A stretch of 64,000 nucleotides of DNA from the IMG/VR virus record IMGVR_UViG_3300020576_003530, positions 1 through 64,000 of that record. One strand, given 5' to 3'. The position numbers were made by a program, and so were the translations under genes. Origin of the DNA: a virus (lineage: Duplodnaviria; Caudoviricetes). Each line of letters starts with the position of its first letter. Within the stretch, counting starts at the first letter, position 1. Positions 10,840-20,643 of this stretch are shown here, in pieces. Below the pieces are notes generated by a model. That model had not been told where the DNA came from, made no database searches, and saw nothing but the letters and a program-made list of their open reading frames with translations.

Positions 10840-11304
10840 ATGACTGGTTTGCCCAATACGAATAATGACGTGCAGAATACTGCGGCTGCCGCTCCTGCCA
10901 ACCCCCTTCAGCCTATCATTGATCTCAAAAATGAGGTCAAAGAGGGAATTGCGGCTGCAATTCAGACCCCTCGAGACCGAGTTATTGCAGCCTTGGTCGA
11001 GGATGAAGTTGCCAAGCGTACCCGTCTCCTACAGACAGGCTTGATCGAGTATGAAAAGCTTGAGAAGGAGTTTCGTGGAATTCGTCCTGACAACATTGTC
11101 TATGATGAGAACGAAAAAGAGGTCTCTTCCAGTTGGAGTAGGCCTCAGGCTCAAAAGCGTAAACAGGCAAAGGAGAAGTTGGAAAAGCTTCTCGCCGCAC
11201 TGTCAGATGCAATCACCGCTGGTAACTATGAGAAGTTGAAGAATCTGGTAGGTAAGAATGAAGGGAAGTCGGATGGTAAATCCGATGTTAAGGCCGAAGA
11301 GTAA
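10840..11304 (+). CDS. hypothetical coiled-coil protein
   Basis: AAGGA RBS; followed by a terminator hairpin. Confidence 0.55.
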   Translation: MTGLPNTNNDVQNTAAAAPANPLQPIIDLKNEVKEGIAAAIQTPRDRVIAALVEDEVAKRTRLLQTGLIEYEKLEKEFRGIRPDNIVYDENEKEVSSSWSRPQAQKRKQAKEKLEKLLAALSDAITAGNYEKLKNLVGKNEGKSDGKSDVKAEE

Positions 11305-11316
11305 TCCGTCCAATTT

Positions 11317-11346
11317 GGGGGAAGATAAGTCTTCCCTCATTTTTTA
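11317..11346 (+). terminator. intrinsic terminator
   Basis: GGGGGAAGA-TAAG-TCTTCCCTC hairpin followed by a T run. Confidence 0.6.
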
Positions 11347-11660
11347 ACAACGTATTAAGGAGATTGTATTATGCCCCATTTTCTCAAAATCCTACTTCAT
11401 AATTTCTACATTCCATCGGGACCCTATAAGGGTCTAAATCATGCTGAATGTATGAGTGTTGGACTGTTGATTGCAACGCTTGGCTCTCTCAGTTTGCCCT
11501 TCATTCTCTTACTTCAGGCATACATGACAGCAGTAGTTGTAACGCTCTTAGTAGTGGTTGCCCTCCTATTAATCCTCGCTCTTTCCCTTCATGCTAGTAA
11601 GGTTAGGTCTAATCGGACCAAGAAGAGTAGGTCGGAATAAGTGAATTAGTACAGTTAGTT

Positions 11661-11733
11661 GGACTCGTAGCTCAATTGGAAGAGCATGGTGCTTCTATCG
11701 CCAAGGTTGAGAGTTCGAGCCTCTCCGGGTCTA
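11661..11733 (+). tRNA. tRNA-Arg(TCT)
   Basis: cloverleaf: acceptor GGACTCG/CGGGTCT, D arm GCTC/GAGC, anticodon arm TGGTG-CTTCTAT-CGCCA, T arm GAGAG-TTCGAGC-CTCTC; CCA not encoded. Confidence 0.9.
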
Positions 11734-11759
11734 TTGGTAGGAATAATAAGGAAAGTAAT

Positions 11760-12185
11760 ATGAACACTGACAACCTTTTATCTGTTTCGCTCATGTCGGA
11801 CGATCTCCTATTGGACGAGCTCATTTGGGGTCCGCATACTAAAGTTCCATATCAATCAGACTATGCGTGGGATCGTCTTTCTCAGGAATATAAGATTATC
11901 AATCTGGAAGGCAAACTTCTGTTTGATTCTCGTAATCGAAACTATCCTACTCCGCGAGATTTAAATACAGCCTCATCACTCCTTCCGTCCCACTGGCTAC
12001 TTTGCTCTCTTACTAATGGAACACGGTGGGGAGAGCGACCTGAGTCCCGCTGGCATATTGAGATCTATAATGGGGAGACAGCAAGAGAACTTTCCACTGA
12101 AGGTCCGACCGAATTGTCTGTCCGTCTTCGTGCGGCAGTCTTGGCTACACGTCAAGACAGAAAGGATCGGGAATTGTCAGTATGA
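11760..12185 (+). CDS. hypothetical protein
   Basis: AAGGA RBS before ATG 11760; the longer ORF call runs through the tRNA. Confidence 0.5.
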   Translation: MNTDNLLSVSLMSDDLLLDELIWGPHTKVPYQSDYAWDRLSQEYKIINLEGKLLFDSRNRNYPTPRDLNTASSLLPSHWLLCSLTNGTRWGERPESRWHIEIYNGETARELSTEGPTELSVRLRAAVLATRQDRKDRELSV

Positions 12186-12372
12186 ACGATAAGACTAAAT
12201 CTCTTTCCTCCCTCTTCCTAGACATTTGTCACAGAGCCATACTGAGTAAACTTATTTCGCCTGACAAGTTCAAGAAACCGGGCGAATTCTATGAAAGTCT
12301 GAGTCAGGCCGAAAAAGATCGCTTAAAAGATCTTCAGTCATCTGATGTTCAATCCTTTTTACGGAGATAGGT

Positions 12373-12594
12373 ATGAGCGAAGACCGTAACTGCACTGTTT
12401 GCGGCAAACCCATTCCGCCCGAACGTGTTGAAGCCATTCCCGACACTCTTACTTGTGTGGACTGCTCGATCGTTCAGAAGTATAAGGGGTTTCTGGTATT
12501 TGGACATAAAACTGGCGGCGAGACTGTCTTGATCAACCCATCCGACAAGGAGGCCTTGCGTCAGGCCAAGCGATTTAATCGGAGAGCAAGATGA
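12373..12594 (+). CDS. TraR/DksA-type C4 zinc-finger protein
   Basis: 'CTVCGKPIPPERVEAIPDTLTCVDC'. Confidence 0.8.
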   Translation: MSEDRNCTVCGKPIPPERVEAIPDTLTCVDCSIVQKYKGFLVFGHKTGGETVLINPSDKEALRQAKRFNRRAR

Positions 12595-13070
12595 AAGAAG
12601 TAGATCAAAAAGAAAAAATAGGCTTGGACACTTCTTACAAACTTCTCCTTTATCCTCATCGAATTTTAACCACCCCATGTAAAATGGTGGATGATAGTAG
12701 TTGGGATCAAATACCTATCATTGATAGTGCTCTTCGCAGTATTCTTGCACGTCATCGTGGGGTAGGTTTGGCAGCCCCTCAAGTAGGAGTTTCGCTCAGG
12801 ATTTTTGTTGCGGCCATTGCGGGGAACATTGAAACTTTCATCAATCCTGCCATACTGACTGCCGACACCTTTACCAATTCTGTTGAGGGGTGTCTTTCGA
12901 TTCCCGGTCTAACTGTTACTAAACGGCGATATGACAATATCCTACTAAGATGGTTTGATGTAAATCGGGCGGAACAAATTAATTGGTTTCGCGGCTATTC
13001 GGCCTTCGTGCTACAGCACGAACTAGATCATCTTGATGGAGTTCTTATCAATAAGAGAGATAAAAAGTAA
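12591..13070 (+). CDS. def: peptide deformylase
   Basis: GVGLAAPQVG, EGCLS and QHELDHLDG motifs. Confidence 0.95.
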   Translation: MKEVDQKEKIGLDTSYKLLLYPHRILTTPCKMVDDSSWDQIPIIDSALRSILARHRGVGLAAPQVGVSLRIFVAAIAGNIETFINPAILTADTFTNSVEGCLSIPGLTVTKRRYDNILLRWFDVNRAEQINWFRGYSAFVLQHELDHLDGVLINKRDKK

Positions 13071-13558
13071 GTTGAGTACTATAGAGTAATGTATCGTGCA
13101 TTGCTCTCATTTATTGTCCTGCACGGAGTCCGCCTTTGTCTAACATTGTTAAGTTTGAAGGAAGAAAAGTTAAAAAGATCGTTAAGACGGAAGATGGAGA
13201 TCTTGTTCCGGCTCGATCAGTTCAGACCCATCTCAAATCTGAGTTAAAGAAAAAGAATGAACGGGCTCGTCGTGAGGCTAAAGCAATTCTTCGATCTGGC
13301 GAATGGGAGAATTTGGATGAAGAAGAGTAAGGTAGAAATACAATATCCAACTTACAAATTCGTTGAGAAACCTACTCCGGCCGACAAATTAATGATCTGT
13401 GATGGGTGCGGTCTGGCAGTATGGGTTCCGCACGCAGTTACGGTTTACTCATGCACTAATTGTCGTGGCCATAAGGGTGGGTTTGTAAGAATGAGAAATG
13501 CAACGAGCGAAGAGACGAAGAAAGGAAAGGCGTCGATAAAACGCTTATTTAACTTCTT

Positions 13559-14233
13559 ATGAAATACAATCATTTAACCAAACGATTTGATGAACCAATG
13601 CCTCGTGGCATGTATGGAACTGAGGCCAGCGATGAAGTTCTGATCGAGTATTATCAAAGAAAGATCCAGTTTTATGAAGCCTTAAAAGAAGAGGCTCGGC
13701 AACTTGACCAGCAGAACGAAGTCTTGCGGAAAGCTGCTCAAGCTAATCTTTCTCAGTCAATCAAGCATATCAAGGAAATCTTTGGCGATTCTTCTAAAGA
13801 ATTTAAATACGTAGCCAAACTGTTTATCCCATCACGACCAGATGTGCTTCGATATGTCGAGGCTTGTATTGAGGAAGCCCAAAAAGCTCTCAAGGTAATT
13901 TCCGACCGACAGGCCGAGCAAGAGCGAACGCTCCTTCATTCTACCCGTCAACAGGCTGCAGTCTTATTCCTCACTAATCATGGTATGACTTTGGGCAAAG
14001 ACTATCAATTAGTCAATGCTATCACGACCGCAAATGATAAGTACTTCGACATCCTGGTCGCTAAAGCAATTGAGGATGGAGCAGGGGATATTGAGATAGA
14101 TTTCTGCGATTACTGCAATTCGTGGGACGGAGAAGATAATCGCTGTAGTTGCGGTAATCGTCGTGTATATTGGACTGGTGGGCACGTTGCATTTGACGAT
14201 CCTACTAGTTATGTCTATCCGGCTGCCGATTAA
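13559..14233 (+). CDS. hypothetical protein with C-terminal Cys cluster
   Basis: 'CDYCNSWDGEDNRCSCGNRRVYW'. Confidence 0.55.
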   Translation: MKYNHLTKRFDEPMPRGMYGTEASDEVLIEYYQRKIQFYEALKEEARQLDQQNEVLRKAAQANLSQSIKHIKEIFGDSSKEFKYVAKLFIPSRPDVLRYVEACIEEAQKALKVISDRQAEQERTLLHSTRQQAAVLFLTNHGMTLGKDYQLVNAITTANDKYFDILVAKAIEDGAGDIEIDFCDYCNSWDGEDNRCSCGNRRVYWTGGHVAFDDPTSYVYPAAD

Positions 14234-14263
14234 GTAGAATTGAAATTAGTAAAAGGAATTTAT

Positions 14264-14686
14264 ATGAAACATGTTACTATCAGAGAGTCTGCCTTCGAGA
14301 CCAATAGTTCCTCGACTCACTCCATCAGTATTGCTCGGGGCGAACAGTTAGATCAGACTATCAAGCCAAACGGCGATGGAGTCATTGAAATCTATGATGG
14401 CGAGTTTGGCTGGGAACAAGAAATCTATACTTCGCCGCAAATTAAGGCCTCATATCTGGTTACCCATTTAGGGGAGGGTGGAGATGGTGGGCCTGAGGGA
14501 GAAATGCTCAAAGAAGTTATTACAAGGCATACTCGGGCTAAAGAAGTTCGGTTCATTCATACTGGTGGTTATATCGATCATCAGTCTCAAGGAGTAGCTG
14601 CAGACGCGTTTGTTAACAAAGTAGCATTGGCGGAATTCTTATTTTGTTCTCAGTCAATCTTACAAACCGATAATGATAACCATTAA
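14264..14686 (+). CDS. conserved phage protein adjacent to the radical SAM gene
   Basis: 'IRESAFETNSSSTHSISI', 'GEFGWE', 'GYIDHQS'. Confidence 0.6.
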   Translation: MKHVTIRESAFETNSSSTHSISIARGEQLDQTIKPNGDGVIEIYDGEFGWEQEIYTSPQIKASYLVTHLGEGGDGGPEGEMLKEVITRHTRAKEVRFIHTGGYIDHQSQGVAADAFVNKVALAEFLFCSQSILQTDNDNH

Positions 14687-14699
14687 TGTGGGGTCCTTT

Positions 14700-15590
14700 A
14701 TGCTCATCACTGAGAGCGGTAATATTTTGGCTGAATATCAAAATGGTAATGTTGCGGTCACATTACTACGCGATGGGACTAAAGTTAGAGTGTATGAGGG
14801 ACGATCTGAGACTCTCTTTCCTGAGTCCATGGACATTAAGATTACCGATTACTGTGTAGGAGCGGGTTGTGCTTACTGTTTTGAGTCATCTACTGGGCGT
14901 GGCCAACATGGTGAATTGAAGTTCATCCAATCTATTTTGTCGCAAATGAAGTCGGGCACCGAGATCGCCATTGGTGGCGGCAATCCGTTTAGTCATCCAG
15001 ACTTGGAGGCCATTCTAACTCATGCTCGTAATGTAGGAGTAGTGGCTAATATCACCATTAATAGTGCCCATGTAAAAGGTGAGGTAGATAGGATTAGGCG
15101 GTTTCGTTCAGACAGACTGATCTATGGACTTGGGATCTCATATCGGCCTGATAAGTTGAACGAAATCATCGAGATTGCCGATCGTAATTCTGTGATCCAC
15201 ATCATTGCTGGTGTCCATAAGATTGAAGATGTGATGAAATTGCCCGCAGGCTCTAAGATCCTCATTTTGGGCTATAAGGATTATGGATTTGGAGTACGCT
15301 TTAAGGCCTTTAACCCTGTCTGGAATAATTTAAAGAAATTTTCCTTCCATCTTAGCAGATTATTTACACGCCATCACATGTGTTTTGATAATTTGGCATT
15401 ACAGCAGTTAAGAGTATCAGAGAGATTGGACTCTTCTGTGTGGCAGTCTCACTACATGGGCGAGGACGGCAATCATACTATGTATGTAGACTGTGTGAAG
15501 CGAGAGTATGCTCGTACTAGTACGGCCGAACGAGTGGCCTGTGAAGATCGTAGTCTGTCAGATATGTTTAAATCGATTCAGACAGTATAA
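14700..15590 (+). CDS. radical SAM protein
   Basis: 'DIKITDYCVGAGCAYCFE' (CxxxxCxxC variant), 'EIAIGGGNP', 'NITIN'. Confidence 0.8.
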   Translation: MLITESGNILAEYQNGNVAVTLLRDGTKVRVYEGRSETLFPESMDIKITDYCVGAGCAYCFESSTGRGQHGELKFIQSILSQMKSGTEIAIGGGNPFSHPDLEAILTHARNVGVVANITINSAHVKGEVDRIRRFRSDRLIYGLGISYRPDKLNEIIEIADRNSVIHIIAGVHKIEDVMKLPAGSKILILGYKDYGFGVRFKAFNPVWNNLKKFSFHLSRLFTRHHMCFDNLALQQLRVSERLDSSVWQSHYMGEDGNHTMYVDCVKREYARTSTAERVACEDRSLSDMFKSIQTV

Positions 15591-15846
15591 GGAGCACTTA
15601 ATATGAATAATGCCCTTCCTCATCTTACCAAGGCTGAGGCCAATGAAATGGCTAAGAAGGCTCGTACTGACAAGATATTTGAGGAAATTAGGCATGCTGC
15701 CCAAGGCGGAGTAACTCAAACGTTTTTCTCACATATCTCCGATGAAGAACGAGCACTACTTCATAACTTAGGCTATGCGGTTGAAAATTTGGGTAAATAT
15801 CAGACTACTGGTTGGTATGTCAAATAGGAGTAGGAAGGATATCCGA

Positions 15847-16134
15847 GTGAAAATCAGTCAGATTCTCAAACAAGCGGGTAATTTGAGGGAACTATTAGGA
15901 CTGAAGTTAGATAAGCCGGATTCCTTTTACTTTGCCTATCCGGTTATACCAGATCGTTACGAGATAATTGTGAACGGGTGTCAATGTCCCACTAACCGAT
16001 ATCCACGATGCGATCGACGGTGCGAATTTTGCGAATGCTTAACTGAGGACGAGATGGAGATCTATTATACTTTCGGTCATAGAAGGTTAATTGAATACTA
16101 TCTGGATCAATTTAATGAGTTCAGAGGCCTCTAG
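15847..16134 (+). CDS. Cys-rich small protein with MKI-type leader, paralog of 17479..17712
   Basis: GTG start after AGGAAGG; 'GCQC...CEFCECLTEDEMEIY'. Confidence 0.55.
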   Translation: MKISQILKQAGNLRELLGLKLDKPDSFYFAYPVIPDRYEIIVNGCQCPTNRYPRCDRRCEFCECLTEDEMEIYYTFGHRRLIEYYLDQFNEFRGL

Positions 16135-16147
16135 GAAGGATGTCGGA

Positions 16148-16453
16148 GTGAATATTAGACAAATGTTGGCTAACGTTCCCTTTCCTGATGTAGACCTTCT
16201 TACCGGCTGGCCCTCTAAAAAGTTTGCCGCTCTGAAGGATGGAGAAAAGTTTACCTTCGATTGGAACGACCGAACTGTAATAGTTAAATACGACGAAACA
16301 GTTCAAGATCAATACTGGGGATCAACATTACTGGAAGCTTTGATTGAATTTGACAAAGAGTGTCAGTCTGAAGGGTGCGAGGAGAATATAACTATCTATT
16401 ATAATAGGGTGGATTTAACTGAATTCTGGGAGATTGGACACTGGAGGAGTTGA
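16148..16453 (+). CDS. hypothetical protein with MKI-type leader
   Basis: GTG start (MNIRQML) with an upstream sequence nearly identical to that of 15847. Confidence 0.5.
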   Translation: MNIRQMLANVPFPDVDLLTGWPSKKFAALKDGEKFTFDWNDRTVIVKYDETVQDQYWGSTLLEALIEFDKECQSEGCEENITIYYNRVDLTEFWEIGHWRS

Positions 16454-16712
16454 CATGAAATACAAAGTTAAGATCCGACGTAAAATGGTGGACGTTCTCA
16501 ATCAGAATGGGGCAACTCTTGCTTGGACATCTCATACTGATAGCACCAGCACCCGCAATGGTTTATGGTATATTACTCCTGCACTGTCTGCCCAAGATCT
16601 TATCAGGCTGAGCACCTTTTTGTCCACTCTCAATGTAAAAGAACTAACAAAAGATAAAGAAAATCCGCCACCGCCCATCCCGTCATCACCTCTTACCTAA
16701 GGAATTGATTCG

Positions 16713-16973
16713 ATGCTAACTGCGATTAATAACTATGTACTGATCAAGCCAGAAGAAACACCTAAGACCGTTGGAGGGCTTGTGTTACCCAAAAATATTC
16801 CTAGTACGATCAGGAAGGGGGTCGTCATCTCTATCCATCATTCTATATCAACAGCAATTTTTAAGATCGACTCTGTCGTTTACTTTCCTACCATTGAAGC
16901 TCAACCAATCATTATTGATGACGTTCAGTATTTCCTCATTGAGTCCAAGTATATTTATGGAGTAGAGGTATGA
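16713..16973 (+). CDS. GroES-like co-chaperonin
   Basis: 'AINNYVLIKPEETPKTVGGLVLP...GVVISI...YFLIESKYIYG' follows the GroES pattern. Confidence 0.7.
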   Translation: MLTAINNYVLIKPEETPKTVGGLVLPKNIPSTIRKGVVISIHHSISTAIFKIDSVVYFPTIEAQPIIIDDVQYFLIESKYIYGVEV

Positions 16974-17478
16974 GAATGAAATACAATATTTTTGAGCACA
17001 TTATACATCTACTTATTGTTCTATTCTTTATTTCATTGTTTTTCTGGGTACCTGCCATTCGCACTGATCCAGTAGGGGCTCAACGTACTCTAATTGCACA
17101 GGGCTATACTGGAATCACCGTTGGAGGCTTTGGCTGGTTTCAGGGTGATGACTTTTATTCAACAAAGTTTAAGGCCATCAGCCCGAACGGTACTCCTGTT
17201 TCAGGCGTAGTTACCTCCGGTCTCATTGCCAAGGGTCATACTGTAAGATTGGATTAAGGATGAGCAAGAAAGATAGTCCGGCAGATACATTTCAATCTCT
17301 CGTAGAGGAATTAGTTAACGATACCCAACGTCATGTCTCTCACTGTGCCGACGAAGGAAGCTTCTGCGTCTTTTGTAGTGCTCGCTGGGGCTACTGGCCA
17401 CATCCTCCTACCGTTCACGATCCTACTTGTTGGTTAGTAAGAGCAACAAAGATTTTATCAACCAAGGTAGATTAGTCT

Positions 17479-17712
17479 ATGAATATCAAGACCATCATCA
17501 GTCTTATTGATTGGACCTTCCTGCTCAAACGTAATCCGGCAAGATATAGGATTCCCAAGAGTAAGGTTGACATGGTAGTTGCCGGTTGTCGCTGTCACTT
17601 AGGCTTTCCGCCCTGCAATTTTTGTACCGATCTGACTGAGGAAGAAGCTGAAGTTTACGCCACGCATGGTTATGTCGCCCTTTTAGACTTTGTCCTCGCT
17701 CAAGAGCGGTGA
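17479..17712 (+). CDS. Cys-rich small protein with MKI-type leader
   Basis: 'GCRCHLGFPPCNFCTDLTEEEAEVY'. Confidence 0.55.
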   Translation: MNIKTIISLIDWTFLLKRNPARYRIPKSKVDMVVAGCRCHLGFPPCNFCTDLTEEEAEVYATHGYVALLDFVLAQER

Positions 17713-17721
17713 GACCTCACA

Positions 17722-18129
17722 ATGCAGTTAGACTTATTTTGCCCCATTTATGAGTCTGTAGGCGTGGTAACCTACGTTCCCGATAATCAATCGCCCGGCT
17801 GGGCATATCTAGAGGTAGACCAAGACCTCTCTCACTACTATCGATGGTTGAGCCGTATTCCTTGGCGTTCTCCCCTAAATGGGACTCACATTACCTTTGT
17901 GGCTGGCCAGCATGAGGGAAGAGTGGTGAGCAAGTCTGAAATGAACGAATGGTTAGGCAAACCCATTATGTTCTACTATTCCCCCTTACTTCATACAAAT
18001 GGATCTTCATGGTGGCTGAATGTGAAGTCGGATGGGTTAGATCAAATAAGGGGTAAGTTAGGATTATTACCACGCCCCTCCTATCACGTTACATTAGGGA
18101 ATTTGAAGGAAAATAGAAAGCGAACATAG
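17722..18129 (+). CDS. 2H phosphoesterase-like protein
   Basis: two HxT motifs, 'THITF' and 'YHVTL'. Confidence 0.6.
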   Translation: MQLDLFCPIYESVGVVTYVPDNQSPGWAYLEVDQDLSHYYRWLSRIPWRSPLNGTHITFVAGQHEGRVVSKSEMNEWLGKPIMFYYSPLLHTNGSSWWLNVKSDGLDQIRGKLGLLPRPSYHVTLGNLKENRKRT

Positions 18130-18156
18130 TTCGCTCTTACTAAAGGTGTTTCACAC

Positions 18157-18498
18157 ATGAATCAATCGCAGAAAGATGTCCTAGTCCTCGTTCGCGAATA
18201 TAAGAAGTTATTTCCAAATTTACCTACACGCTGGGAATTTAGTTATAATGGGGGAGGAGATGATGGAGATTGGGACGACATTCCCGATTTTGACGATATC
18301 GAGGCTCTAGAAAAGATGCAGGAAGCTCTTTTCGAGATGGTCTCCGACATTCAGGGCGACTGGTATAACAATGATGGTGGTGGTGGCTCTATTACAATCG
18401 TCTGGGCAACTGGCGAGGTAGAGTGGTCATATTACTATAATGTGATGACGACGGATGATCATAGTAAGTATTTTGGTCTAGACCAATTGGAGGATTAA
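18157..18498 (+). CDS. DUF6878-like acidic protein
   Basis: 'FSYNGGGDDG...WYNNDGGGGSI'. Confidence 0.5.
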   Translation: MNQSQKDVLVLVREYKKLFPNLPTRWEFSYNGGGDDGDWDDIPDFDDIEALEKMQEALFEMVSDIQGDWYNNDGGGGSITIVWATGEVEWSYYYNVMTTDDHSKYFGLDQLED

Positions 18499-18553
18499 GC
18501 AGGATTGAAAACGTGTTTACTCATCTTAATTTCCATCTCTCATGGAGTCTTCG

Positions 18554-18979
18554 ATGTCTCATCCATATCATCACAGTCTGAGCAGCGTTAAAAAGTGGGG
18601 AGGGGTTCCTACTGACTATCTCCCCGTTCATTCCTGGTTTGATGAAAGTAAGAAGTATTATGGGGATTTCCGCCATCGAGCCTTACGTCATCACACTTTA
18701 GGCATCTTCGAGGCTGAATCTGTCTTTGGTCCTACTATCACTAATAGTGACGGAAAAGCCATTCCTACTCGCTCAATCGGAGAACAGCACGTCAAGGAGG
18801 ACTGTGGATTTGTCCCCACCCTTCAAGACTGGCTCTCCTGCATTACCGCTCAACCTTGGATGTTCAAGGATGTAGTAAAGAGGGATAAGAAAGGATTGCC
18901 TACGCAAGATGTAATGAGTCAGACAGTCAATAATAGTCATCATGACTATAATCCGTATGCAGAACAAGACATCCCATAA
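18554..18979 (+). CDS. DUF6915-like His-rich protein
   Basis: 'HPYHHSLSSVKKWGG...HSWFDESK...DFRHRALRHH...EQHVKED'. Confidence 0.65.
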   Translation: MSHPYHHSLSSVKKWGGVPTDYLPVHSWFDESKKYYGDFRHRALRHHTLGIFEAESVFGPTITNSDGKAIPTRSIGEQHVKEDCGFVPTLQDWLSCITAQPWMFKDVVKRDKKGLPTQDVMSQTVNNSHHDYNPYAEQDIP

Positions 18980-19042
18980 GTAGTGTTTTAATGTTTAGCC
19001 CGTTTTTCAGTTCTCAGCCCCTCTTACAGAAAGGTTTCGCTC

Positions 19043-20251
19043 ATGGCAAATAGCACTGTTAGCAAAAAGTCGGTCAAGTCAGACGTTGCTCCTCTCCCCT
19101 ATTCCTTCAAACATCAACGCAATCTGAATATTGCAGATACGAATTATGATGAATTGGAGGATGGTAATGAGTCACAATCTCCCATTGAATATGACGAGGT
19201 TACCACTCTCGAAGAATATGTTAAAAATGGTCGCAAGACCAATACGGTAATTGGTACAAAGGACGTTGTCCGTTTTGGAGATGGTTATCTTGCCGCTGTC
19301 TCTTCCAATGGTTGTATTTACGATCAAACTATGTATGATGACGAAGCCCAATTCGCGTTATCAAGCGGGAATAGAGATTTTGGTAACGAAGCAGATATGC
19401 CACATGCCTTCATTATGAAAGATGGAACCGTCCTAGAGGATGGTGAAGATGGGCAGGCCCGATATACAGGATATCCGACCTTCTCGCCGACTGTGCTGGC
19501 TAGCCTTATTGCAGGCAAAGATGTGGCCAATCTTTCAAATTCTTTCAAGGTCTCTACCATTCTCAACGCTAATAACTTGAAGGTGCTTGACTCCACCACA
19601 GCGTTCGAACAGACTGCTTCGGCCGAAATCAAGAAGGCTTTTACTCAGGCCAAGAAGGATGAGAAGTTTTCTATGACCAAGTTCAATGAGACTTGGAAAA
19701 AGTCGGCTCCTCAATTGGGCGTCACTCTAGTTAGCAGCGATGGCACTACTAACGATCTTCGTTGGCACTCGAGTCCAACGGTCCTCTTCCAGCACAATTC
19801 TCGCTATTACATTCTTGGCCAAGATGAGGGTAGTTATTTTGGTTGCGAGCTGGAAGGCTCCCCACAGACCATCGAGGAAGCCTTTGAGGACTTGAAGCCC
19901 GTCCAAGTTCGCGGTAAGAATGGGGTACTACGCCAAGGCGAGTGGTTCGCCGTTCCGGAGCCTAAGAGTGCCAAGCATGACATGAAGAATTACTACAACA
20001 ATCCTAATGTGGTTGCTATTTTAGACGCTGAGCACGATACCGGATTCGTTATGCCCAAGGAAAGCGAGGACTCTAATAGTCATACATTAGATGGCGAGCA
20101 AGGGGTAATCTTGAAGGACGGAACCATCTTGGTTAATACTTTTGTTATGCGTCACAATGATCATGCCGACATGAAAGGCCTCAATAACGTGTGGTACAAG
20201 TTCTATCGGAACACGGCTAAGGCTAGCTACTCCACGCAGGGTGTGGACTGA
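19043..20251 (+). CDS. hypothetical phage protein, paralog of 3675..4796
   Basis: shares the conserved blocks listed for 3675..4796. Confidence 0.7.
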   Translation: MANSTVSKKSVKSDVAPLPYSFKHQRNLNIADTNYDELEDGNESQSPIEYDEVTTLEEYVKNGRKTNTVIGTKDVVRFGDGYLAAVSSNGCIYDQTMYDDEAQFALSSGNRDFGNEADMPHAFIMKDGTVLEDGEDGQARYTGYPTFSPTVLASLIAGKDVANLSNSFKVSTILNANNLKVLDSTTAFEQTASAEIKKAFTQAKKDEKFSMTKFNETWKKSAPQLGVTLVSSDGTTNDLRWHSSPTVLFQHNSRYYILGQDEGSYFGCELEGSPQTIEEAFEDLKPVQVRGKNGVLRQGEWFAVPEPKSAKHDMKNYYNNPNVVAILDAEHDTGFVMPKESEDSNSHTLDGEQGVILKDGTILVNTFVMRHNDHADMKGLNNVWYKFYRNTAKASYSTQGVD

Positions 20252-20285
20252 ACGAAAATAATGGGTCTTAGATAATCTTCCATTT

Positions 20286-20314
20286 AGGGAGAGGGAAGCC
20301 TCTTCCTATTTTTT
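20286..20314 (+). terminator. intrinsic terminator
   Basis: AGGGAGAGG-GAAG-CCTCTTCCT hairpin followed by a T run. Confidence 0.6.
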
Positions 20315-20643
20315 AGTATGACATTCTGAGAACGGGGTTCTACAGTTTTGCTGTCTAGTAGTCTCTTACTTATGACAAAACCGATATTAGACGTAGTAGT
20401 ACAAGAAAAGGGCAAGGATCATCAGGATCAGTTATTAATGAGTGTCAAACACATACTCATCAATCATGGTTATCGCAATAGAGTGAACGAATTTATTGCC
20501 CGTGCTACAATGGGTAATTATGAGAATTTAGTAAATGTATGCTCTCAGTGGGTAGTGATAGAAAGAAACAGTAAGAAGTCAAAAAAGTAAGTCAGCAAAG
20601 TCAATCTAACCGCATAGAGCCTTCCGTCTTAATCTTTCCGAAA

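Noticed and set aside
11676-11759. N-terminal extension of ORF 11676..12185
   Set aside because: overlaps tRNA-Arg; the real start is probably ATG 11760 with an AAGGA RBS
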